Source: Azolla caroliniana (Eukaryota; Plantae; Polypodiophyta). Taken from it: a stretch of DNA of 64,000 nucleotides. Positions 1-11,200 of this stretch are shown piece after piece. The stretch lies in the NCBI GenBank assembly GCA_043228905.1, contig JBHGNT010000022.1, forward strand, positions 4,836,001-4,900,000, read 5' to 3'. Every line of letters begins with the position of its first letter. The stretch's first letter is position 1. Under the pieces are notes generated by a model. It made no database searches. It saw only the letters and a list, made by a program, of their open reading frames with translations, and had not been told where the DNA came from. The position numbers and the translations under genes are program-made.

Positions 1-1205
1 TTTGACCACGGAAGATCGAAGAAGGGGATTGGGTAATAGTCTATGGCAGTAGTTTGGATCACAGACACAGTTCAATACGGAAATTCGCTAAAAGGTGGTT
101 CGGACCATACGAAGTTCGAAAGATATTCCACAATGGTACTTACCGACTATATGAGTTGGATGGAACAATACTACGGGTGCCTATAGTAGGGAAGCGGGTA
201 AAGATTTTCAAGAAGCGAAGTGACACGGAGCCCTACGTGACCTTACGCAACACCGACATAGAGGAGCAAGCAGACATGGATCATGAAGAGGCGGAAAGCG
301 AAGAAAGTGGACTGAAATTAATAGCTGACATAGTGGGAGAATCAGAGGGTGCTACAGATGAAGGAGAGTAACAAACACCGGCAACTTTGGCACATACCGG
401 AGGATGTGCGGGTTTGGATGGGGTGAGTGTCGTAGTGTGCTTTGTACACTACGTAACATATGTACGGAGTACCCGATTAGCTAAGTATAAAGAAATAGGA
501 GAAAATACTAAAATAATTATGTTACATGCATAGGGTAGGTTTTCTCCTAATTGACTAAGTATAAAGAAATTGGAGAAAATACTAAAATAATTATGCTACA
601 TGCATAGGGTAGGATTCCATGTTAAAAATTTCAAGTTCTTGCCATTGTACTGACACACTATGAGTATTAAAGTTATTGATTTTAGTTACACAAAAGTTTA
701 TCCGACGTAAATATTCTAGATAAACATGATAGAAAAAGTTATTCATGCATAAACACTCGAGTTAAAAGAAAAGCATAATAGAAAAAGTTATTCATGCACA
801 TCTAGTGTGCATGAATACTTGAGTTAGAGAAAAAGCATGATGCTTGCATGTAGTAAGATATACTTCGTCTCTCCCAACACTATATAAGGGTGGGGAGAAA
901 ATTGTAATAGAGGGTGGATTCTTGGGTTAATAAAATTTTCTAATATTGATCTAAAATACTAAACTCGTAAGATTCACGATTTTGTTTTTTAAATCAATCT
1001 TTCTAATATTTTCCAATTCACTATTAGGATTGAAAGGATTGATTAATCTAATTTAATACACTTGTGGGATTCACGAGGTTTCTATATCTCTTTCTTACAA
1101 TCTTTTCATATTCTTATTAGCCCTAAAATTCTTCTCCCTCCTAGTCCATAACCTAGGCAGTTTCCACCCAACTCACGCAACAATCCCGCGCAGAAAGGCA
1201 TGACA
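1..1205 (+). mobile_element. 3' end of a non-chromovirus Ty3/gypsy element (Athila/Tat-like integrase C-terminus, PPT, 3' LTR), inserted into copia A1 gag
   Basis: ORF to 371 has the GPY/F module RWFGPYEVRKIFHNGTYRLYELDG. Purine tract GGATGGGGTGAG at 416-427. LTR TGTCGT(428)...ATGACA(1205) with TATATAAG at 881. Copia gag sequence follows immediately. Confidence 0.8.
481..613 (+). repeat. 59-bp direct repeat (period 74) in the gypsy LTR U3
   Basis: CTAAGTATAAAGAAAT(A/T)GGAGAAAATACTAAAATAATTATG(T/C)TACATGCATAGGGTAGG at 481 and 555. Confidence 0.9.
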
Positions 1206-4200
1206 CTGGCTTGGGAGATCAACTACTAAACTACATCCGGGATACCAAGATGTCAAATGATGCATGGGAGAATCTCAAAAGGATTTTCTCCGCCACCACA
1301 ACTACAAGGAAGCTGTAGCTTTGGTAGGAGCTCAACAATGTTCGGCAAAAAGATCTGTTTGTGGCCAATTACACTGCCCGAATGAAGGAGATCTGTGACT
1401 CTCTCGTCTCCATCAACGTGCCCGTTGAGGAGGACGAAATGGTGTAGGTTTGCCTTGGAGGGCTGGCATCTAGGTTCGGATCATTCCGAGCGACGGTCTC
1501 CACGAGAGAGAATAACCTGTCCTTTAAGTTGCAGTCCATGCTGCTCGTTTGAAGAAAACCACGCGGGTGTGTCAACGAGCACGCACACTGACAACAAGAT
1601 GTTGTACACGGAGGCAAATCGGCCCCATAGTCGTGATGGACAAGGTGGGTGAGAGGAGCTAGACCGAAGCCATAGAAGCAGTGGCGACATCAGTTCCAGA
1701 CCCTCCACGAGCCGGGGGAGTCAAGGTAGCACCGGAAGTAGGCAAGCAAAAGCCGCAATGATCTGCTAGTATTGTAGTTGGAAGGGTCACAGAGAGAGCG
1801 AGTGTTGGAAAAGCACTCTAATTCGGATAGAGCCGGATCGAATTCACGTGATACAAATAGGCATCACCGATCACACTTCGCCGAAGGTTCAGGGTGAGCC
1901 GAAACGGGCCCTACACTTGTGATGAAGCACAAGGTTAAACAGATGGGAGTATGTAACACCAAGCCGGCGAAGGTTTGATACATAGCTTTTAGAGTGTGAA
2001 ATCATACGATGAACCATGTCGAATGGTTCTAAAGCTTGGTAAAACTAGAACAACTGGGAGTTGTCGAGACCGGCGACAATACCGTGCACCCCATCAAACA
2101 CGTGAGTGATGTACTGCTCAGCTATGTCGGACAAAAAGGCCTGATACGGAACGTGTCGCATGTCCCGAAAATTGTAAAGAACCTGGTATTTGTTGAACAA
2201 ATTCTCAATCTGGGCATGCAGGTCTGATTTAATCACCACGGCTGCTTCATTGAGGATGAGGGCTAGTTGATCGCGTGTGGGCGTAGAGACGGGAGGATGT
2301 TTATCCTCGAGACCAATGATGTTGGTGCCGCAGAGTTTTCAAAAGGACAAAAGGTCGAATCTGACATCGACCTGTGGCATAAGCGGATAGGGCACATCAA
2401 CTATCAAAAGCTTCAGGAATTGTAGTCGAAACAAGTGGTTTCTGGACTACCAAAGTTCAATGGCTGGAAGGCTCCTGGAGATATGTGAAGCATGCCAACC
2501 TGGGAAGCAACATAAGCTTCCGTTCCCAAATGAAAAGAATCAAAGCCGGAATCAGCTTGACTTAATCCACACGGATGTATGGGGACCGACAAGTTGACTG
2601 AGCATGGGCTGGAGTTGATATTTTATCTCCTTCATCGACGACTTCAGCTGACACACTTGGGTGTACCTCATCGAGAAGAAAAGTGAAGTCTTCTCCTATT
2701 TCCGGGACCTGCAAAGTCTAGTTGAGAGTGAAACAGAGAGGAAGATAAAGTGTATGCGGTTAGATGGCAAGAAAGAGTATTGTTCCGGCCAGTTCACCAG
2801 CTATCTGCAAACAAAGGGAATCTAGAGGGAGTTCTCCTGTAAATACACACCGGAGTAGAACGGTGTGACTGAGAGACTGAACTGGACAATGGTAGAGGCA
2901 TCTAGTGCAATGCTGGTAGAGAAGAGCATGCCCAGGATCTATTGGGCTGAAGCTATCCGGATAACCATCTATATACAAAATTAGATATCTACCTCCGGTG
3001 CAAAGTGTCGCCGCACGAGCTCTATTTCGGGTGGAAGCCGAATTTGACACACCTCAGGCTATTTGGCAATATCCCATACGTGCACATGCCAGATGAGAGA
3101 AGGAAGAAGGTGGATGCCAAGGCCAAGAAGTGTATCTTGGTCGGCTACTCGCATGATCAGAAGGAGTACAACTGCTACAACACCAGACAAAGCAAGTGTG
3201 GGTGAGTCGGGATGTCGTCTTTGACAAATTAGCATCTTGGTACTCCCTTCCGTGTTTGACCCCCGAAGATGCCGAACCAATTGCTAAGGAAGAGGTCAGT
3301 GAGGTTGACCTCCTGGATGAAGAAGAAATTGGAACTCTAGAGGAGAGTTCTGAGAGGAATAGCGCGGAATACTGCTCGACCATGACCGAGTCTTGAATTA
3401 CTTCCATAAAAGTGCAACACAGGAATGGGAATAGATGTACACACAAAGGAGAGTACACAGGATGTTTACGTGGAAAACCCTAAATGGGAAAAAACCACGG
3501 GAGCCCATACGGGAGCCCATAGACTCAAACTATCACTATGAAGAAAAAAGGTATAATAAGAGACTTGGAGGCAACAACCTCGAGCTCTGTTTCTTCGCCA
3601 TCCGGCGGTTACAACAAAGTATTTGTCTGTATTTCACACTCTCTCTTTGTTGCTCTCGCTCTCGCTCTGTACAACAAATATATAACAACAACAATAACAA
3701 CACCTATACCTAAAGTGATTGCCCTAAGTCATATTTATACTTATATGAACTTAGGTCTATTTACAAATATACCCTCAGTAGGCTAGCTCAAAACATATTT
3801 ACAAATATGTCTCTCTTGCGGTTCTCACTGGGTCTCCTTCGATTTCCGGATCTCTTCCGAATCTCATCGGGTCCTCTTCATTCATCACCGGGTCCCATTT
3901 GGAGGGACCGATTTCCCAACAATCTCCCCCTTCACTCTGGCATGGGATGTCTCGTCAGCCCGATCCGCTTTCGGCATGCATCTAGCTTGTCGGTTGTCAA
4001 CACCTTGGTTAGCATATCCGACCCGTTATCCTCCGTGTGGATCTTCATCAGCATGATCTCTTGATCTTCTACTCTCTCCCGGATCTAGTGGTACCTCCAC
4101 TGGATATGTTTTGTCCGGGAATGGTAGGCCATGTTCTTTGCAAGGTGGATGGCGCTTTGACTATCATAGTAGAGCCGTTATTCCTCCTGTTGGATCCCTA

Positions 4201-5787
4201 GCTCTAGATGAAGTCCTTCATCCAGATTATCTCCTTGCAAGCTTCTACAGCTGCATGTACTCTGCTTCCGTGGTTGACAATGCAATCATCTTCTGCAGCC
4301 TCGACTACTACGAAACATCTCCTCCTCCATAAGTCATGACATATCTGGATGTCAACCAGCTAGTATCTGCATTAGCCGACATATCTGAGTCTGTGAAACC
4401 ATCAAGTTGGGGTGTTTTGGAGCCAAACCGGAGGCACATACTTGAGGTGCCTTTCAGATACCAGAGTATCCACTTGACCGCGTTCTAGTGCTCTCTTCTG
4501 GGATTGCACATGAACCGACTCACCACTCCGACTGCATATCCAGTATCTAGCCGTGTACATCAAGCTCCCGACGGCAGAGGCATATGGTATCTTCATCATA
4601 TCTGTCTTTTTCCTCGGGCTTTGTTTTCCGGATAGCTTGCAGTTTGCCGGAAGTGTCGATCCAACCGGTTTCGCTTCCGACATGTTGAACAGTTGAAGCA
4701 CCTTTGTCACATACTTCTCCTGTGATAACCACAACAACTTCTTCGACCGGTCCCGGATGATGTGCATTCCCAATATCTATCTTGCCGGCCCCAAGTTTTT
4801 CATTGAGAAGGTCTGGTTCAGAGCCTTCTTCAGCATCCGAATCTTGCCTTGGTCTCGTCCAACGATCAGCATATCATCCACATATAGGAGGAGTATCAGG
4901 AAATCTCCTCCATCAAATTTCTTCACAAACACATAGTGATTGGCCCGCATCTTGTGGTACCCTTGGTCGGTCATGAAGGAGTCGAACTTCCGGTACCATT
5001 GCCGAGGAGCTTGGTTCAGTCCGTATAGGTTCTTCTTCAGCCGGCACACTAGGTGCTCCTTCCCTTTCCTCTCAAATCCTTCCAGAAATGCCAACAATTC
5101 TTCTAGAAGTTTCCTAGCTTCCTCTCAAATCCTCCCCCTTGACTTCGACCTTGTCCCGGTTTTGGGGACTCCGATACTGGCCTCTTCCTCGGTTCTGGTC
5201 ATCTTCCGTGACCAAGACCTTCGGATCGATTCCGGACTCCCGGTCCCTCCGGCGAGCTTCTTCATCTAGCAAGCTTGATTTTACCCTTGCTAGGGACAGA
5301 TGTTTTCCTTCCGGCCCGGCGTTGTCGTGAAGATCCGTCACTACGCGGGGATCGTGAGGCGGAACCGCCGGGGTTTTGGACCGGAAGGATTCAAAGTCGG
5401 TACAAGCTTTGGCGCAAGCTTTACCGAGAAAGTACTTAAGATAGATTGGGAAAGAGAAAAGTTGAGATCAAACAATTGAGAGAGATTGATTGAACTTTTA
5501 TCTTTGGATTTAAGAAACAAGTTACACGATCAATTTGATAACGAATTTCTTCTTCTTAATTTCATAACCCAAAAAAACGTGTTTTTTCTCCTCCCCCCTC
5601 GTTCTTTTATAGATGCTCTCATGCATATGATGCATGTGAGGGTACAAGACATGCATAAAATGCATGTTTGCCATTTGGCGCTTATGTATTACATGTGGTG
5701 CATGATAACCATGTCACTCATTTTAGCTCTCATGTATGAGAATTTACATGTAAAAGTACAATGATAGAAATATAAATTCAACTAAAT

Positions 5788-5850
5788 CGCATGGCTTAAT
5801 GGTAAGCCAATTGACTCCTAACTTGGAGGTGCAAGGTTCGAATCCTTACT
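5788..5850 (+). ncRNA. tRNA-derived Pol III promoter-like module, antisense in the U3 of LTR E1 (not a functional tRNA)
   Basis: A-box TGGCTTAATGG at 5792 with D-arm GGCTT/AAGCC. B-box GGTTCGAATCC at 5835 with T-arm AAGG/CCTT. tRNA-like spacing of 43 nt. Acceptor and anticodon stems do not pair. Confidence 0.7.
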
Positions 5851-5894
5851 TGCCCTCCTTGTAAATATATATATTTATATATTTATTTATCTAG

Positions 5895-6350
5895 TCACCG
5901 GTTCGTTGGATGCTGTCGTCTCACCATCGCCTCGCCGGTTGCCGTTGGATATCGGTGCCTTGCTGGATGCTGTCGTCTCACCATCGCCGGATGCCGTCGA
6001 TTATCGGTGCCTTGCTGGATGCTGTCGTCTCACTGTCGCCGGTTGGTTACCGGTGCCTTGCTGGATGCTGTCGTCTCACCGTCGCCGGTTGGATACCGGT
6101 GCCGCCGCCGGATGCCGTCGTCTCACCGTCGCCGGTTGCCGTCGGATACCAGTGCCACCGCCGGATGCCGTCGTCTCACCGACGCCGGTTGCCGTTGGAT
6201 ACTGATGCCGCTGCCGGATACCGTTGTCTCACCGACGCTGGATGCCGTCACCGGATGCCACCGCCTCGCCGTCGCCGGATACCGTCACCTCGCCGTCGCC
6301 AGATTGCCGTCGGATGCCGCCGGATCACCGGCTCCATCGCCGGTCCGGTT
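5895..6350. repeat. GC-rich degenerate tandem array inside LTR E1
   Basis: Recurrent GGATGC(T/C)GTCGTCTCACC(A/G)TCGCCGG units, about 8 copies with variable spacers. Confidence 0.85.
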
Positions 6351-7806
6351 TTGGTTGGCCAAAAACCTTTACGAGTAGCTAGCCCACCTCCACTCTTAGT
6401 TCAAGTTACCTTGAACTCTCTATGCTCCACACATAGACACAAAGATAATATCTTTTGCTCTACCTTATATATGATGAGAGCCGTATTTGTCGTGCCTATG
6501 TGGGATATCTCACAATTTTCTCTTTTCCTTTCACAAACTTTATACCCTCATATCTTGACATTTAGTTGTTCGTTTCTCGTGTAATAAAGTGCATTTGAAA
6601 CCTCCATCATTTTGTACTTAGATATTAAATTTATTTAAAATGTTATCTTCACAATTATTGTATTATGTGATTCATACTCGATTTCGTACGTTTTATGGGA
6701 TTTTCACACTATTGCCGAAAATCTTCACGACAACGTTACCCAACGTGATAACTAACGTCTCCCAGCTATACGGGAGCGAACCGAGTAGGAGCAATACAAA
6801 TACCTCATCGGCGAGAGGTACTTCCAACGAGGTTGCTTGATGTATCAGTCCTTGGAAGGCATTCATGTGCTCCGCCATACTGGAGCCGTCCTGGTACCAG
6901 AGCCTCAGTAGCTTCTGGAATACCGAAACCCGATTAACGACATTCTTGTTCTGGAACATGATGCCGATCTTCTCCCAGAGTTCATGAGCCTTGCTCTCTT
7001 CATTGAAGTTGTTGTACAGGCTCATGTCAATGAAGCACCGGATGTATGCCATCGTCTTCATGTGCATCACCTCCCACACTGTGGCGTCGATCTTATCCGG
7101 TCTCTTGTCCCCGAATTGAACCGGAAACCAAAGATCTTTAACCACCAGCATATCCCTCATCTTCAACATCCACACTGAGTAGTTGGAGATGGTGAGCTTG
7201 AACATGCCGCCAAACGATTCTTCCATTTCCTGTGTTGTTCGCTTTGATACCAGTTTGTGAGGAATAGAGCGGAATACTGCTCGGACACGACCGAGTTTTG
7301 AATTACTTCAATTGTAGTGCAACACAGTAATGGGAATAGACGTACACAAGATGTTTACGTGGAAAACCCTGAATGGGAAAAAACCACGGGAGCCCACATA
7401 CTCAAACTATCACTATGAAGAAAAAAGGTATAATCAGAGACTTGGAGGCAACGACCTCGAGCTTTGTTTCTTCACCAACTGGTGGTTAAAACAGAGTATT
7501 TCTCTGTATCTCACACTCTCTTTGTCTCTCTCGCTCTCGCTCTGTACAAAAAATATATAACAACAACAATAACAAAACCTATACCTAAAGTGATTGCCCT
7601 AAGTCATATTTATACTTATATGAACTTAGGGCTATTTACAAATATAGCCTCAATAGGCTTGCTCAAGACATATTAACAAATATGTCTCTCTTGCGGTTCT
7701 CACCAGGTTTCCTTTGGTTTCCGGATCTCTTCCAGTTCTCACTAGGTCTTCTTCATTCATCACCGGGTCCCATCCGGAGGGACCGATTTCCCAACAAGTT
7801 TGACCT

Positions 7807-8188
7807 TGTGGAGTGGCAAGCTCAACCGGATCCAGATTGGCCGAATAAGCCTAAGCCGGATCGGCATCTGGAAGGATGAGCCAGATCAGTGAACCAGTGA
7901 GTAAGTGAGCTGGAGAGCTGGAGGGCCGGTTAGCCGGATCAAGCAGTAACCGGAAGCCTAGTAGCAGCCTAGACTACTAGGTAGTTAATGTCTCGTAGTT
8001 AGTGTCAGACGCTCGTGTGAGCATTGAAGTACACTGTACCTCTGTCAGTCATCTTAGGACTTGTATAAATAGTGTTGTTGAGCACGTTGTATGTACAGAG
8101 AATTTTACAGAGTTGTTGAGAAGAGATTTAAGTTGTTCAACTCTTTCTCTATCTCTCTGCGTACCTTCTGTGTGTTAATCTCTCTCTC

Positions 8189-8223
<35 letters not shown>

Positions 8224-11200
8224 GTTGCTATCCGGCTAAGCCGGTTATCTAACGCTTCCGCAACTTCATTTTTACATGGTATCAGAGCGCAAGGGTTGAG
8301 AACCTCTACAGCCAACATCAGCATCTGAAGACAAACCCTAAGACCCGGTAAGAACAGAAAGAGAGGTGACGGACAGAGAAATGGCTAGCTCGCTCCCAGT
8401 GGAGAAGCTCGACAGATCCAACTACGCATCTTGGTCATACAAGATGCACCAGTACCTGCTTGGGCATGGTTACTAGAGCTATGTCGATGGAGCAAACGAC
8501 ACAACACCTGATGCGGCACACGAGGACTTCCTAGTGTGGGAACAAGCGACAAGCAGAGTGATGTACTGCTTTGCGTCCAGTGTCGGAGACCAATTGCAGA
8601 GCCATGTCTAAGATGCCAAGGCGCAAAGATGCTTGGGGAAACCTGAAGAAGATTTTCGCGGCAAGCACTACGGCCCAGAAGCTGCAACTCCAACAGGAGT
8701 TGAGCAATGTCCGACAGAAGGACATGTCGGTAGCCGATTACACAGCCCGAATCAAAGAGATTTGTGACTCACTTGCCTCTATCAATGTCACTGTAGAGGA
8801 AGATGAGATGGTGCAGGTCTATCTTGGGGGCCTAGCGTCTAACGTTAGAGCGTTCTGAACGGCAGTATGTACAAGGGAGAATACGCCGTCATTTTTCGAC
8901 TTACAATCGATGCTCTTTGTAGAGGAGAACCACGCCGATGCATCAATAAGTGCACCCACTGACAACTGGATGTTGTACACGGAGGTGGATCGGCGCCATG
9001 GGCGTGGTGGACGAGGTAGCGGCCGGCAAGAGTAGGACCGAAGGCACAAAGAACGTGCCGATAGCAGTTCCGGACCCTGCACAAGCAGGGGGAGTCAAGG
9101 CGGTGCCGGAGGCCGGCAAGCAAAGGGCGAAACGGAATGCTGGTACTTTGGTGAAAAGGGCAATAGAGAAAGCAAGTGCTGGAAGAAGCAGGCCGATTCG
9201 GACAGATCCGGATCCGGCAAGACCAACAGAGGGAATTGGCAATACTCGCACTACGCAGAAGGATCAGGAGGATCCAAAACCGGAAAAGCCGGTAAAGGGC
9301 CAGCCTTGGTGATGAAACACGAGGCTAACTCGATGAAGAAGACCACTTCCAAATTGGAGGAAGTGTGGTACATTGATTCCGGTGCGTCATAGCACATGAC
9401 GAGCCACAAAGAGTGGTTCTCTTTCTTGGAGAAACCGGAACAACCGAGAGTCGTCGAAACTGGAGATGACACTCCTCAGCCAATCGTGCATGTCAGAGAA
9501 GTACCTTTGAGCCACGTCGGACAAAGGGGGAAGCTGATGAACGTATTACACGTTTCGACTATCACGAAGAACCTGGTGTTAATCGGTCAGATCGTTGACC
9601 AGGGGATGCAAGTGCGGTTTACGCACCTTGGGTGCTCCATCGAGGAAGAGGGCCAGATTATTGCGCAAGGGCGTAGAGATGGGAGGATGTTCATCCTCGA
9701 CACCAATGACGTCGGCATCGCTTTGTTCGCTAAAGGACAGAAGATTGAATCGGATATTGATCTCTGGCACAAGCTGATCAACCACGTCAATTATCGGAGG
9801 CTTCAAGTCCTGCAAACGAAATAAGTTGTTTTCGGTTTGCTGAAGTTCAATGGCCGAAAGGTCCAAATATGTGAATCCTGCCAACTCAGGAAGCAACACC
9901 GGTTTCCATTCCCCACCGAACGAAACCGTAGCCGTAACAAGTTCGACATTATTCATTTGGATGTATGGGGACTGACATAGAACGCTAGTCTTGGCGGGAG
10001 TCGATACTTTGTCTCCTTCATTGACGACTATAGCCGGCACACATGGATCTACCTCATTGAGCGGAAGAGAGAAGTCTTCGAGTGTTTCCGGAACCTGCAA
10101 AGCCTGGTTTAACGGGAAATGGAGAGGAAGATCAAGTGCCTGCGATCAGATGGTGGAAAAGAATATTTTTCCGGCCAATTCAACAGTTATCTACAGCAAA
10201 AAGGAATTCGGAGAGAGTTCAGCTGCACATCCACACCAGAGAAAAACGATGTGGCCAAGAGGAAGAGCCGGTTGATTATTGACGCGGCAAGGGCGATGCT
10301 AGAGGAGAAGAGCATGCCCAAATTCTACTGGGTTGAGGCGGTCCGGATGACCGTCTATATCCAAAACCGGATCGATGACAAGGTGTCCGCGCATGAGCTA
10401 TATTTCGGGCGCAAGCCGAATTTGAGACACCTTCTGATATTCGGTAGCATTGCATATGTGCATGTGCCGGATGCGAAGCGGAGGAAGTTGGATGCAAAGT
10501 CGGAGAAATGCATCCTGGTCGGTTACTCGCATGAGCAAAAGGGATATAAGTGTTATAACCCCCGGACGAAGCAGGTCCGAGTTAGCCGGGATGTTGAGTT
10601 TGATGAGACAACATCATGGTATGCCTTACCGGCTCCGACTTCCGACCCCGACCCGATACCAGAGGATGAGGCTAGTGAGCTTGAACCGGTGTAGTTAGAA
10701 GACGAAGGGTTCGAGTCTCTAGATGTGAGTCCAGAATCGTTTCGGTTGAGTGGGCCGAATGAGTGACTAGGTCAGACAGACCAGTCGGAAGATGAACCGG
10801 TGAGTAGTGGAAACTCTGCCGTGTTCCTCTCGCGCATGGGATTGAGGAGACTAGCAATGGTGAGTCGGATCGGAGCGGATCCGACTCCGAAAAAGAAGAA
10901 GGCGGATCTTCGGCAACGGAGACCGAACCGGCAAGAAGGGCCTCAAACCGGGTAACCGATCTTCCTGCCGGAAGAACCCCGTGAAGCGGTACGGGTACAA
11001 TGAGTACATGGCGCATCACTATGCTTACATGACCAAGGTGGCAGAAGTGCGTGAGCCAGAGAGCTACGCAGAAGTGGCAAAGGACACAAATTGGCGTGCC
11101 GCTATGGAGATAGAAAAGTGGGCATTTGATGCCAACGACACATGGGACCTAGTTGACCCTCCCCGACACTGTAAACCGATCGGATGTAAGTGGGTGTACA

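Larger units (their letters stand above)
5323..6732 (-). mobile_element. Solo LTR E1 (unassigned family) inserted in B1 gag
   Basis: Termini TGTCGTGAAGAT...ATCTTCACGACA (12-bp inverted). 4-bp TSD GCGT/ACGT. Both ends are homologous to 14509-15649 in reverse orientation. B1 gag rejoins across it. Confidence 0.8.
3351..7796 (-). mobile_element. Ty1/copia B1 (Tnt1/Tork-like), internally deleted (no protease/integrase); LTRs 7256-7796 (5') and 3351-3921 (3')
   Basis: Paired LTRs TG..CA, TSD AGTTC/AGTTT. PBS TGGTATCAAAGC at 7241-7252 (-). PPT at 3922-3936. Gag MEESFGGMFKLT (6693-7226). RT YVDD (4777-5097) and RNase H remnants. Confidence 0.9.

Noticed and set aside
5788-5850. Functional tRNA genes here and at 18036, 18160, 25995
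   Set aside because: Acceptor and anticodon stems do not pair and there is no clear adjacent terminator. Reported only as tRNA-derived modules.
5906-6584. Overlapping 99-224 aa ORFs
   Set aside because: By-products of a GC-rich repeat in an LTR. No domain, and absent from E2.
5323-6732. E1/E2 as TIR DNA transposons (MITEs)
   Set aside because: The inverted ends are only 9-12 bp with TG..CA, and there is a TATA and U5-like layout. A solo LTR fits better, although no parent element is in the window.
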